Both the position numbers and the translations under genes were made by a program. From the NCBI GenBank assembly GCA_046563655.1, contig CM102286.1, positions 7,192,001-7,256,000 of the forward strand: 64,000 bases of DNA, read 5' to 3'. Positions 1 through 14,533 of the stretch are shown here, one piece after another. Numbering within the stretch: position 1 is the stretch's first letter; every line of letters starts with the position of its first letter. The DNA comes from Yuukianura sp. NJ FZ-2021 (lineage: Eukaryota). Under the pieces are notes generated by a model. It saw only the letters and a program-made list of their open reading frames with translations. It was not told where the DNA came from and searched no databases.

Positions 1-634
1 AAAACTTATTTTCAATTTTGAAAAAACTTTACATTTTATTCCCTTCACTTTTCTAGTGTACACTGTACAGGGAGTATTTATTTTTAATTTGAAAAAAAAA
101 CTGTGAGTCAAGCTTATGTATTTCAGGCTTACCAAAATATCTCCTAAAAACCCCCAAAATATTGGCAAAAAAAAATTTTTTTTTTAATTCGTCCAAATAT
201 TAACTTACTTTAGTATTAAGGGCATGGGTAAATAAAGAAATATTAAAGTAATAAAAAAAACCGCAAATAATATTTTTTAACATTACGACCATGGAGCTAA
301 AAATATGTGACATCTAATTCGACATTATTTATCAATATCACGACGAAAAAACTGCGAAAGTAATTAACTGTAATTATACAGAGGAGCATATAAGTTATGA
401 TGCCACACGAAATGATTAAACCGTAGTTGACAAGATAAGGCTCTCAAGTGAACAGTTAACTTCTCCACTTCCAACTGAATGCTCAGTGTGTCAAGAACAT
501 AAGTGGAGAATAGAACCAATTAAACGTTTTAAAAAATTGTCGAAAGTTGAATTTTTTTTACTACTGTAACACGTTTGAGGTGATATTTGGTTGTAATTTT
601 TAGGAAATTTTAATCCGTTTTAGGCAAGTTTAAA

Positions 635-1194
635 ATGGCGGCGAGGACCAAGTACACTGGAGGTTGTCATTGTGGGAAAGTAAGATTTGAAGTATTTGCC
701 GGAAGTAAAGTTGTTGTATACGATTGCAAGTAAGGATGAAATTATATTTTACGTATTTTGGATTGACACTTTTGGGTATATAAAACTCAATCAATATTGT
801 TCAGTTGTTCAATTTGTACGAAGAAACAGAACAGACACTTCATTGTTCCAGCCCAAGATTTTAAGTTGCTTCAAGGTCATACGGATTTGACAACCTACAC
901 TTTCGGAACACACCAAGCGAAGCATATGTTCTGTTCCAAATGCGGTGTACAAAGCTTCTACATACCGAGATCAAATCCAGAGGGTTATGGTGAGTTCATA
1001 ATGCTTCACTTTCACTACAATAAAGTAGTAAATGTCAAATGGCAAATACAATGGTTTACATTTTTATTAATACAGGAATTATGCCGCATTGCATTGATTC
1101 TCCACAACCGACAATATTCCAAATTGAAGAATTCGATGGGGAGAACTGGGAAGAGTCAATCGCAAAGCACCATAATCTGAAGCTTAGTGTTTAA
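635..1194 (+). CDS. CENPV: CENP-V / GFA (glutathione-dependent formaldehyde-activating) family protein, 3 exons
   Basis: ATG at 635: MAARTKYTGGCHCGKVRFEV...YDCN|CSICTKKQNRHFIVP...YTFGTHQAKHMFCSKCGVQSFYIPRSNPEGYG|IMPHCID...FDGENWE...LSV*. GGCHCG, CNCSIC and FCxxCG are the GFA/CENP-V zinc motifs; GT-AG introns at ~730-805 and ~990-1076. Confidence 0.9.
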
Positions 1195-2882
1195 ATGATA
1201 TGTGCCACTCCCTCGTATTCTTGACAATACAAACTAAGACACACAACATACAAATAGCGTGTATCAATAACAACTTAGATTTCGTTAGACTTAGATTAGA
1301 CTTTTTAATTTCAAACACAAATTTGGTCCTAAAAGTGAAAGTACCGATGTAAAGGCGATATAATTTTATATTTAGCACATATTGCATTCGGGAATTAAGG
1401 CATTCCGTTGCAACCCAAAATCTTTAGATAACTGGCGACAGATGACGCTAAAAGGAGGATCTTGAACTCTGTTTAGAGAAAGCCTTTGGTTTGTGTTTTG
1501 AAAAGTGAAATGTGAAATCTGGACAGGCGGGTATTAGGCGGACGGAAATCGGCTTACATGAGGTCCCTCGACTCGAACTTTTGCTCCATAATTGCAAAAC
1601 ATCAGCCTTAGCTTTTCCAATTACATCCTTGTTAGAGGTCCAAACAGGGATTGGGATTTAATCTTCCCTCTCGACTTTCTCCTCCTCTGTCAGTTTATTT
1701 CCATCTTAAGCAGGGATTTCAAGTGGTTTCTACCAAATAACTAAATCTTCTTTTCAATTGCACAATGGCGCAGCTCTGCCTTTCCAAATAAGTCAACAGT
1801 TCCCTGGAATTTATTTATGTATAAAAAAATTACGTCAAAAATGACAACTAATCAAAACATTTCGGGTTTTAACCAACTTAATTTAGCTTGAATATTATGC
1901 GTATTTCCAGGAAAACATGTTTTAAAAGTCTGCTTGTACATGTTGTAATATAAATTTGAATGAGTAAATTTCATTTTTTTTTTAAATTTCATACAAAAAA
2001 TGGCAAGTACGTTGATTATACTAAAAAAAAAGGACGAGTTCCGCATACATCTCTGTGATTTTAATGATATCTTTTTATTTCAAGAGGGAGAAAATTATTG
2101 TTTCCCGAAACGACTTTCACCCTGCCGTGGAAATTTATTGTCTATGTCTATTATGTGTGTGTTACCTGTATTTAATATGAAAGGAAAATTGTCTCTTCCT
2201 GTCGAGACTTAATAAATTTTCACCATGTGACGTCGGTTATGCCTTCCATAAACTTGATTATGTTCATCCTCCTGCAGAGTTGGTGGGTCAAAGGACGCTT
2301 ATTGCATTCTTTCTCCTTGTCACAACAAAGGACTCCACTTTCCCTTTTATCTCAGCATCATCCACGTAGATCCCCATTCCCTGTCCTTTTGCAAATTAAC
2401 TCAACCTAATAACATTACCCTTCAGATCAAATGATGAAAAGGCATATTAATTCCAGAAGAACTTCATACCAGTTCATCAACCCCACTACATCTATCTTGT
2501 CTACATTACTATTGCTCATCTTGATTTCCAGAAAAGCCAGATCAGTGATAATACTTGTGCCAAATCCAAATTCTATAATATTACCGGCAAACACGTGTAA
2601 TTAATTACTCTGGAAAGCTGTTGACTTTATGTTGAATTTATTTTCCGCTGTTTTGTAACTGCGTAATTGAGATTATGCAAGGAAGTTTTCCACCAACAAA
2701 ATTAATTCAGACGTAGCTAAATGCTCCTACTTATCCAAAAAAATTTATTACACTGTCACATAGACTTCTAGCCAACTTTACTTCTAACAACGTCCAGAAT
2801 TAAGTTTGTATAGATGTAAATGATGTAATATGTAATAATGTATGCGATAACCAAGCACATTATTGTGCTAATCTACTCTTTA

Positions 2883-5385
2883 TTATTTAATAAGAAGCTT
2901 CGCTGTGCAGTGCTCACTGGAACTGGAAATTCTTTCAGACGGATCCGGATCTGACAAAACGTCTATTTCATCCCCATCGTCTTCTTCTTCATCTTCGTCT
3001 CCTTCTAAATCCGATGGACTGTAGCTGAAGGAAGATCTGTTTGAACGGAAAGGCTCCTCAAGGGGGTGACACAGATCATCTCCATTCTTAGTGGGCCCAT
3101 TGTTACAACAATCAAAGCCAGAAGGACCACTTCCAGCCCCTCCGCTTCCACTCGAACACGACCCTCCTCTCCGCCGTGAATAATCCATCGGTAAGTCTGA
3201 ACAAAGGACCAAGTCAGGCACAAGCATAATAAAAACAGCTTCACCTCTTCAAACTTTCACTGTCAAATGTCAGACTAACAACTTCAACCTTCATTAATTT
3301 GAACTGTTGGAGAGAAAACTTTAGATTTTCGAAAGCCATCAAAAATTCTACGGATTAAAATCAAAGTTTTAAAAGTTTACCCGTTCCGGGGCGAAGTGTG
3401 GAAAGTCGATGAACATTTCTCTTGTCTTCGCAGTCAGTTCCATTCTCAGATGAAGAAATGGAACCTGACTTATTTGTACCCGCTTTTGACAAACTGGCTT
3501 CACTTCCCTTGCGCAACTGCTTCTTGTGTTTCATTCTTCTGTTTTGGAACCATGTTTTAACCTGGAATTTCACAATGTGCATTTTTTATTTGAGCTGCGT
3601 TAAACTAAACTTGAAAGTTTTTACAGTTTTACAAATTTTTACCTGTGTTTCTGAAAGATTTAGCGCATTTGCTAATTCTACTCTCTCTGGAGTGGACAAG
3701 TAACGCTGGGCCTCGAATCGTTTTTCCAATCCATTCAACTGTTGGTCACTGAATACAGTACGCGCCTTCCTCCTGCGACAGTGTTTTGAATTAGGATCTC
3801 CACCGGTAAACAGAGAACTGAAAGGCAACCCTGTATAAAATTCCAAAAAAAAAATCAGAAAAACATTAAGAATACAAAAATTTCTAAAAACAGTTTTCAG
3901 TGTTTTCTATGCCACAAAACATCAAACCGTGAAATTTTTTTTTCAAACACAAATATCTAAAAAAACGTTATGGATTGCGCGCCAGAATGAGTAAATTCTG
4001 TTTTTATGTCCTTGTCATTAGGTTGGGCTCAAATTCAGCTTTTGTCTAGAGGTTGACATAATGTCAAAATGAGAAAATTAACCCGTGTAATCACGGGATT
4101 TTATAAAAATTTGTCACTCTTGTACAACTGCAGCGGTAAGTGTGCTGGTAAATTTAATTTCAATTCATAAGCGTCACATCTTCCGCTTACAATTGAAATT
4201 ACGGTTCTGGAGGGAAAGCATCAAGTTCGACTTAAATCAACTTGCGTCTGTTTGTTTCATGTGCCAGTGGAAGGTCTAATTTGGCCATGTAATTGTTCTT
4301 GGTTCCCAACGACATAGGTTATGTAACTCTACGCGGGTGAAAATGTCGTAATTAGTAGGGATAAACTCAATCATTCCCCGAATCTCCTGTCACGGTTTGA
4401 CATTTGAGGGTTCAGAGCCCTTCAGCAGCAACAACCCTGCCATTCACTCGCTCTATTCTTTTCAGAATTAAATCCTTCTCACAAGATCCACAATGCTAAA
4501 CTCAAGAGTTGCTTGTAAACGTTTCTGTGCATGTTTGGCACAATGAAAAGGAATAATACGATGATGAAACATGATCTCTTCATTTTTTAGGCTAATGAAG
4601 GCACAACTCAAATTCTCATTGACTCTACATTACACGTTCTAATTCGTCACGCACAACAATTTAACCTAATTGAAACAAAATTAAAAACAAAATGAAGAGC
4701 AAGATCCGAATTTATGCGATTCAATTTACATAAAAGCAACAATTCTATTCAATAAAAGTAACAATACAGTTACAATCATCGTATTAATTCAATTTCGGTA
4801 GTTAATGAATACACGTTCAATCTGGATCAACAAAAAATTCAGTGTAAACTAAAATCCAGCGTGACAAATTTAAAAGAAAAACTTAGCGCAAACTTTAAAC
4901 AACCAATTATAATATTGTATATTGTTTACCTGCAGCAGCGAGGAAAAATGGGTGACTAGTGACGTCAGGTCGTGGCATAAATGCTGGCAAGTAAGCTGAA
5001 AATGGTGCCATGTTTGAAGAAGTGGAACACGGTGGCGTCGTCGGTGAGTACTGCGGAGAGGGACCACCGCTTTCCGGATGGTTCATGTTTGAATGGAGCC
5101 GGGATGCCACTGGAACAACAATTTCACGACCGAAGTTCTGAAAATGTGCAAACATTTGATCTGCTATTTCGGTGATTTAAAGAACTTTAAATAACCTAAC
5201 TGAAATAAATTGTCACAAAACGAAGAAATTTTGTGTACCTTCGGCCTTGGGAACAGAATGTCGTCAATTAGGAAAGACGTTCCATTGCGTCTCGAAAAAT
5301 TGGCAGAACTTGGGATGACATGTTGCGAACTGTCTTCTCCTGACTTCCAATTACCAAACAATCGTTCACGTTCGCGATGCATCAT
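2883..5385 (-). CDS. bsh: Brain-specific homeobox (Bsh/BSX), about 5 exons
   Basis: Homeodomain [60 protein letters not shown] (Bsh/BSX class). N-terminal eh1-like [10 protein letters not shown]. Exons ~5258-5385, 4929-5160, 3643-3831, 3381-3562, 2883-3196 (acidic/Ser-rich tail). Confidence 0.92.
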
Positions 5386-8300
5386 TTCAGCATTTGTTCG
5401 TTTCACTGTCAATTTAACTTTGTTAATTTAAATATCTATGTCCCTAGTATCAATTACTAGAATCACGTGACACAGCTCACAAATTGCTAGTAGAAATGTA
5501 GATCGGAAATCGGAGTTAATGTTTAAAGTAGCACTGGAGCCCTAGAGTTTCCAGCTCTTTCTGAAAACGATTTGAGCAGCGTCAAGTAACGTCGTGCGTT
5601 GGATTACAAAAGGCGCGGGGAGCCTTAAGTCCTGGAAGAACGAGGCGGGATCAGTTGTTTGTGAATTGTCGTCTCTCTTCGACGCATCATTACTTACCTA
5701 ATCGCGCATATTTTGAGGGTAAAAAGTTTAGGGATTGGTTTGCGGAGAGGATCGTATTGATCCTGTCGTTAGGGCCTTAAGTGCCTAGCAACCAATAGAA
5801 GTGAGCGGGAGGCACTTTCACTTTTGGTCCATTCCTACTTTCTCCCGGTGGCCTTCGTCAGAATACCCGGGAATCATAGACTACGCGGCAACGGGAGGAC
5901 GAGCTAATGGGACGCTAAAAGGCAGCATCTCTCCCTCCGATTCGGATCTTCCTCCATGACGATGACGATGATCATCTCCTTCCAGAAGATTTCGATCATC
6001 CACCATAAGCTTTACTACGGTAAAGACGCCATTCCTTTAGGATTTTCCACTTCTTCCAATTTCCATGTACTTCCAAACACAATTCGATTTCTGAACAAAT
6101 GATGAGAGAATTGGACGTCAAATGAGATCCCCAACGATCCTCTTCTTGAAGAATAGAAATCCAGGAGAAAGTTATGGCCACACGCTGCTTATTCAAAAAT
6201 CACATCACGTCCAACACTGTGGCGGGAAAAGCTCAACAGCCACCATTCAATTTGAAGGCACTAAATTCCCCGTTCTTTGAATAACACCTCAATTTGTGCT
6301 CACGAAAAAGCTCTAATGAAGGGAATTTTCGGATTTTGCTTCCAACGTCAGATTTTCCGGATAAGGCTTTTCTCTTTCTCGTCCCCCTTCAAGAATTCCA
6401 AATCTCCGAATTCAGTTTACTAAACACAACAAATAGTACACTAACCACATAAGATACAAAGGAACTGCAAACTACGCAACATCATCAAATCCAAAAATCC
6501 TTTCTTTCGTCTTAGCACTGTTGACTAAAGAGCTTCAAGTACCCAGGGGAGGCCCTAAGTTGAACAGCTTTTCTAAAAATTAATTGCACAAGAAGATTTT
6601 GTGATGTCGATTAGGAATTTAATGTTAATGAACCAATGTTAGGCTATTCTGAAGGAACTACTGGGGTTATTGTTTTGACATCCAACACTGACAAGGGACA
6701 TGGGGTAAAGTTGACTTTATCAGTCCATTGATTCCCCCAAACTGGGCTATTAGAGGCGAGTAAATGCCAATCAAATGTCAACCAAAATTTTAAGAAAGAA
6801 AACCAAAAAACCGCCATATCCCAGTAGTTCTTTATCTACTTTCCTCAAAGACACACTTTTATCCTTGTCAATTTCAAAAACGCTTTTTTTTGCTTAGAGC
6901 GGGAAAGGTGAATTAAATGCCCTTAAACCTCTGTAATATCCTTTTCAACTAACCAGAAATGGTATTTACATGGTTGATAAACTACTCGTTAATGCCTTTC
7001 CCCTGGGACAACTTTGTACAACTTCCAGGAAAAGCCAGTCCCACTTTCAATTTTTTTCTAAACCTAAAGCCACAAATGTTTCCAGCGTTTCAGGAAAAAA
7101 AACTAATTGCAGGTTTTGGAAAAAAAAAAGTTGGGCTTGATTTTAATGTTATTCCAATTTTAAGCATGGAAATTTCCTCTAACTTTATTTTTAATTTCCA
7201 TATTAATTTCGAACCTTTTTTTTAAAACTTCAACAAGGTTCACATGAATTTCTGTAAGATGTTCGCTCTAGCTTCGACGTGATGGATATGACAAAAATTA
7301 ATAAAATCAGTTTCATTAAAAAAATTTTTTTTTTACAGTTTAACGAAAAACCTTATTTTTAGTGAAAAAACTAAACTAGAAAAGATTTTGGCCACTTTGA
7401 AGTTTCATGATATTATTAGAGCGTTAGTTTTTTAAGTTTTTTTTTTTTTGTTTAGTTGCCTTATTCAATTTTTGTTGTTTTAAAAGCCATTCAAAAAGTA
7501 AAGAGTTGACATGAGTGAAAGTGGGGGTGGACGGATAATTGGAGGAGCCAACCCGGATGATTTGAATGAAGTGCTCCAGTGCTTGCTTTGCTTTTGTTCC
7601 TGAATCCTGATTTTCCTGATGATCTTGATGGAGTTGGATGAATATCTGTCGACTACCCTACGCCTACATAATTTCATTCGGAAACAAGATGTGAATTGTG
7701 AAGTGAGTAGAGGGCAACTCAACTTCCCCTTTTATCTTCCAATTTCCCGTTTGACAAGCTGTCAACTTATGAATAAGTGGAGAGCACTTTCTCCACTTTC
7801 AGAAATAAGGAAGAAACGCTTTGCTTCAGCTATGCCAATGCCTTCCAGAAAATGATGGGAAAACTTTTTTTGTATTTTGAATTTTCAGTTGAAACGTTGA
7901 AAACGAAGTTACTAAAGAGCTTCTTTCTATTGACATGTGCCTTTAAGGCACAAAGAATTGAATTATGGAATAAATAATTGTTTTGGAACATTCAATGTAA
8001 ACAATTTCCTAACCAAATCAAATCAAATTTTGATTTGTATTAGTGTGAATATAAACTAATGAAATAAAATAAGGAATTTGTGTTGTATTCTCCGAGTGGC
8101 TTTGGAAATTGAGAAAATTGGAAAAGAAAATGAGGTTATGGTTGGTCAGGTTAAATTCATCTGGTCAGCCACATCCTTTGAAAACTTGTTTCAACTGCCC
8201 ATTGTGCCCAATTCAAACTTTCCTTCTCAAATATACTTGTAAATTCAAAGTCAAAAAAAGAAACAGAGAGATTTCCAAAATTTCAATTTATTTGAAAATT

Positions 8301-9981
8301 TAAAAATGCTATAACTATAAGTCTGAGAAACCAACAATTTCACAGTAAGTATGTTGAAGCTTAACTGTAAGACACGCTACAGCGTCGTCCTAGGCTTTGC
8401 ACTTGCCATTTAATAGGTTAAGTGGGAGTCTGTCGTGTTTAATAGTTCAAAATTAGAGGAAGTGTACCTTCTAATTGAGACAATTTTGCGAGTGATGAGT
8501 TTAACAAGGACCATTTCAAAATTGAATGAAGCGAAGAGGGTTGACATGAATTGAATTAGTGTGGAGAATAATAGGAGAAAGGACTCCAGTCCTACGGTTA
8601 CTAATGGACTCAACCTGATGAAACATTGTTCACAGAGTGAAAGAAGAGAAAGCAATCGAAAGGCACAGAGGTTATGGATTAATCAAAATCATTCTAAGAA
8701 GAAATAACATTCAGAAAAAATTCAACATGGAACTCCAACAAATCAAACGTCCAGGGTTTTAACGTCTATGTTATCTGCACTATAGGTTTATGTATCATTA
8801 AAAATAACCAACTAAACTACTTAATTAAGAAATAATTAATTATAGAACCTCTGCAGAATTTTTTTTTATAGATATTTTAAGCATATAATTTGTTCAACAT
8901 TTTAGACTCTTCAAAGCATAGTGCCCATGCTTGCTGAGCCTTCATTTATTCATCGTATATTTTAAATTTCCAGGGGTTCGCCGTTGTGTTTCCATTAGTT
9001 TAACTGTTTTGTAAAGTTTGCAAGTCAAAGCTAACTACCCACTCATCGGAGAAACCCGAGTGGGAGTGTGGTACTCGGAATACCATGAATCCTGTTTTCC
9101 TGGCGAAGATGTCGTCAAAGCAAAAGAAAGTAGGTTTTAGTTTATCTGACGAATGGGCATGCTATTGATGCTATTAGGGGGAAGTAATTGGTGCAAGACG
9201 GAGTTGTAAAGACTAATAACGCTGAGAATGGTTCTGTCAAATGAGAGGTGATGGGGTTGAATCCAAAGGGAAATGTTATTTGGGCAAGAATCAGCGTCCT
9301 CTGATTGCTTCCCAACTCGCACGAGTTTCAAATCAAGGAAAGTTGGGGAAAGTTTAGGAGGAAAGTAGGGCTTGACAGAGGGACAAATTGGCAGAAAAGA
9401 CCTTGTTACAACCAGAACCAGCCTCTTATTCGGAGTTGTCGACGGTGAATATAACCTCTGCTGAGTGGCTCCATTCACTCAAAGCAAAATTTAATTTTCC
9501 CTCCAACTCAATTCAATCAAAATCATCATGAACATATTTTCCTTCGAGAATCCTTTTCCGTTACTCCTCCTCCGAGCGTTTTCAAAAGAAAAAAAAGTTG
9601 CTCTGGTAGCAAAGCGACTCCGTTAGTCTTTCTATAGCTTCGAAGCCTTTCGTGGTCGATTTGTAGTCGCTGAATCTGAAAATTTGTGACAACTTTTCAT
9701 TTCTAAAAACCAATCAACTTTCAAATTTTAATAGTTAATTCAATGAAATAGAAATCTTTGGTTAAAACAAAATTGCACTTTAGACATAAAAATAAATACA
9801 CTGAAAGAGCAAAACGACAACAAACAGAAGGGTGTAGAATGTAACTGCATAAAGTAATTGTACATCCATTTTTGGATTTTAAAAGCATTTTAAAAAGCAG
9901 AAAATGGCAATCACAATTTGAAAACCATTTGAACACAAACACAACCGTTCAGAACCTTGACCTCACCAACGTTGCTTGCTT

Positions 9982-12129
9982 TTAAATACGGTAAGTTGAC
10001 GACGGACTTTTGTATGAAACACGATTTTGGTCAAAATCGTCGTCTCCAGCACGTTGGTAACGAATTTCCTGGTGTGCTATTAGGGCATTAGCGATGGCTC
10101 TCCTCTTAACAACAATGACGGCTAGAATGGATAATCCGATGATGATCAGTATCACCCTAAATTCATCAAAGATGCAAATGAGTTATTTAAAATCGTCATA
10201 ATTTCGCAATTGATTCAGAAAAGCGTACAGTACGGACCCAACTGCCAAGACAGACATGGCTGCTGCCGGGTGAAATCCATCTTCAGCAGCTTCTTCGTCG
10301 TCTGAAACGTACTTCAAGCCATTAAGTCCATAACCACCGCCTGGTTTGCATTTGGCAAACGTTTCTGGTTCAAGTCCCATTTCAACAATGGATCCTCCTT
10401 TCATGTTCTTCGGTTCAGCACAACTAAAATACACAAAAATCATCAAGTGGGTCGAAAGAGTTTTAAGTTTAACAATAAGTTGGAAAATATTTTTTTTTTG
10501 CACGTACACAATATTTCGGACCAATTGGGGATGAGTTCGGCGAATTTGATCCACAAGTTCTTGAGCCATCCATTGCAAATCGCAGTTGCATCTACAAATT
10601 AGCAAGAGGAAATTGATGCTAAAATTTGAAATTTATATTAAACACTTCACAAAGCAAACGCAACTCTTTGCTTGCCCAAAGACTGGCTACAAAGTAACGT
10701 TACTTTGTTAACAAGGCACTAACTATAAGTGCAATTCAGCTGCATTTCACAAATTTAACATAGCATTGAATTAACATAAGGTAGAAATTGCATACTTGAA
10801 TGGGTTGTTCTGGATATCGATGTACTGGGTCACTTTCCATGCTGCCAAGGCTTCGGCAATGTGGGTCAATGCGTTGTCATTCAACAGAATCTTTTAACAT
10901 CAAAAAGGCATTAATACTCACGATAAAAATTTCGATGAAAAAAATTGTTAAAGTGAATTTCTAAACGTGTTTGCATTACCTCTCTAACTGGCCAGTCGTC
11001 TTCGTTCAAAGCAATTTCGTAAAAGGCGGCGTTGCTAATTCGGTCCAAATTTCTATTGTGATGACAATAAAATTTGACCAGTTTCTTCATTGATCCGAAC
11101 GTCCTCTCCTCAATGACGCGTAGGCTCTTCATGTAACTGATGCTCAATTCCGTCAAACTGTCTAAACCCTGCAATTCCATTTGTTGAAAATTTGAAAATC
11201 GTTTTTAGAATTTCAATATTTTAGTATTTTGAAATATTACATTGAACGAATCAGCATCGAAGGATTCGAATTTATTGTCATCCAGAATCAGTATTGTCAA
11301 ATTATGGGCGTTCCTCAGCTCTTGTGGAATTATGGTGAATTCATTTCCGGAGAGATCCAGAGAAATTAAATTCAACAGTGAATGAATCATTCCGGCAGGA
11401 AAATCCGAAATTCCAGTGTAAGCCAAATTCAAATACTCCAAGCTGTCTAAACCAGCGATAGCTAACGACGTAGATCCGCCCAAGATCTTGATCGGATTGA
11501 AACTGGCGTCCAACGAAGTCAGAAATGGGAAATGGTCAAATAAGTCAGTTTCAAACCTTAAAATTAGAAAAATTCTTGTACAATTGCATAAAAAACCTTT
11601 AGCTAAGTTCCAAAGTACATTTTGCAACTTACGAGTGGATGTTATTGTAGGAAATATTCAAATTTTGAAGTGACAATGGTTTGTAGTAGGTTTCATTCGA
11701 TCGACCTTGAAATACAACTTCTGGCAAGTCTTTGGCCATGAAGTTATTACTGCTCAGATCCAGTGATACCAAGTTGTCCAATTGCTCGAAAGCAAAGAAT
11801 TCAATTTCCTGAAGCCCATTCCCTCGGAAAGAAAGACTGACGATTGGGAGTGGTGGAAATTTGCTAATTTTGCCCAAGTTGTTTTGATCAAATCGAACAT
11901 CAAAAGTGACGCTGGAATTGGTTATGTTGAAATTGTTCTTTTCCAAGGTAAAAGCCCAATCTTCATTTGTAAACAGTGTGGAAAGATTTAATTTTTCACA
12001 AGAGATCAGGATTGGCTGAATTCCTTTGTCGCAAAAGCACACGGAACAAATATCTGTAGGATTTTGACCGTCGGCGCTGATGAAAGGTGCAATGAGCAGC
12101 AGAATTGGAATGATTCCGAGTGACTTCAT
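9982..12129 (-). CDS. Leucine-rich repeat single-pass membrane protein (signal peptide, LRRNT, LRRs, LRRCT, TM, short cytoplasmic tail)
   Basis: MKSLGIIPILLLIAPFISA signal peptide; CSVCFC cap; repeated LxxLDLSxN; NNPF|KCNCDLQW-type LRRCT; TM VILIIIGLSILAVIVV followed by KRR; stop at 9982. Candidate 5' UTR donors near 12425 and 13446. Confidence 0.85.
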
Positions 12130-14533
12130 TTTCAAAAATTTCTTAAAAAGCAAAACAAATAAAATAAAAAGTTGTTATAAAGTAGTATGTGATAGGAAAA
12201 AAATGATCGCTTTAAAGTATTCAATAAAAACACTGAGTTTAGTACAACCAAAAATAAAATCACGTTTCAACCGATTTTGAAAATTTGAAAATAACCAAAT
12301 AACGGCTTTTTGAAACTCTAAGCTGGGTTTTCCACAAACAATTATTGGTTTTTCCACACAACAATTGTTTCATATCACAGCTAATTTAAAAAATTTGTTA
12401 TTTGCTACAAACGCTTATGGGAGTTACCTGAATTTTGTGAAATTATAGTTCGTGTCTAACTCGTGATTGCGGAAAGTGAATAGGTAACTATGATTTCATT
12501 GGAACCACCACTACAGTAGCAAGCCAAACAAGAATTGCAAACACCTTTTGCCAAATCTATCAATTTGAAATTGAAGTAATCCGTTGTACATTGAAATTTG
12601 AGTCGTCATAAATACACCTCGTCATCCTCCAGCAGTGGTGCTCTTTGGTAATAAAAATTCAAAATCCATCAAGGAACGACGCGGTGGGATAGTAATACTT
12701 TTAAAACACAATAACACTTATGATAATTTGAAACCGATAAGATACAACCTTCTAGAGCCTTCCCATAACGCTAGAAACTAGAAATATGGTCCATTTTAAT
12801 GTGTTGACTGGAACTGGGAGACTAATTTGCAGTTTTACTAACTTCCAAGCCCATTATACTTAACTTTCAATAATGCATCTTAATTTACTTTCGTCACCAC
12901 ACACGTAATAATGTTTGTACTTGTGGGAAGACCCACAATAAGTAACAGGCGTATGGATTTTTACAATTAACAAAGGAGGTGAGTGAGGTTGGGACTGGGA
13001 GGATACTATGCTGTTGGTCAATGCCAAAAATCCTACGGGATTACACGATTCTTAAAGCTTCAATATGAAATATGCGTCATGAGTCACTGCTTTTTTTAAA
13101 GAAACTTATTGCCGAAAACATGATTTTATGCTTTTGCATCTTTAGTAGGGGTAGATTAAAACTTGCAAAAACTTGAAGAGTTTGAAGGGTAGGATTGAGT
13201 CGCTTCTTCGTGCAATTCATGCCCCCAACTTAATCACTTTGTAGATTTTGGCACATTTTGGCAAACATTTTTCAAGAAAGATGCGTCTGAAGTTTAGAAG
13301 TGCGCATGCTCAATTTATCTTTTATTCCCAAATGTATTGTTTTAAAAACGTGCAATGAATAATTCAATTTAAAAAAGAATTAGTCACTTGTCATCGTGAG
13401 ATGCTTGTAAAGAAATACCAAACAATCACGACTTTTAACGACTCACCTGTCCACGCAGCCGTACTTACACTGCGTAGGTTAAGAAAATTGCATAACAGTC
13501 AAATAGCGCTAATTTTTAACGCGATTCGAAGCCACAAACGTTATACTTTGGAGTACTAGTACAGTACTCCTGCTTTTCTCTATCTAGCACTGGCTAGGAT
13601 ATGACTGAAGCAATTATTAATTGTGCAGTCCAAATATTAATTACTTATATTGCATTTCCCACTGGCATCCTGTGACGCGTTTTCCTACCATTTCGAAATT
13701 CACACCGTAAAAAAGTAACTTATGTAAACGTTAACGGAGGCTGGACCATTCATTCTATTCCATTGTTCTCTTCTGCTGAAATACGTTTTACAGGTAGTAT
13801 ATATTATAATTTCAAAAATAAATAACTTACCAAGGAAGAATATAAATTCATGGGAAGAAATTCTTGGTTCCGTCTGAGAGCGGAACTGCAGAAATTAGCG
13901 TTGCAGCTGAATAGGCCACTAAAATAATGCTGGAAAACTGGCGTAATGGAGGAAAAGCGTTTCTTCCAGTGCCACTCTAAAAAGGAACTTAGTACTTCAA
14001 TCACACAGAGATTGATTTTTCACCTTTTGTTTCGCCAGTGCTGATAACCAAAGAGCATTGAGCATTGATACAGATTAGATATTCGACACAAAGTCCTTAT
14101 TATTCAGCTTTACATCGGAAATTGGGCCTGACGCAGGACGAATTTAGTGCAACAAACATCCCAGAACGGATATTGATATCATCTACAAATAGAGTGACAT
14201 GACATTTAAAATTAACACTAAAAACTTTGGCATCAACTATCCCTAATGAGTCACGGCAATTTTATTTCAAAGAAATACTGAAAGCGCTCGTCTCTTCCTA
14301 CACCGGTGAAACCGGAAATACACTTCTCGGGGTAATGTAAGCTAGTCGTCCTTGAAACGGAAAACTCGTTTGTGTCATTTGTGACAAACGTTTACTTAAA
14401 CCTCTCTAACCTAAGGAATGTTCTGAATTGACAATGACAACACATGAAAAATCTATCTGCTTAAAAATAAATACTGTAAACTAAGGAAAGCAGCAGTTAG
14501 TAAGAGCTTGTTTAGCCGCACCAAAAATCACAA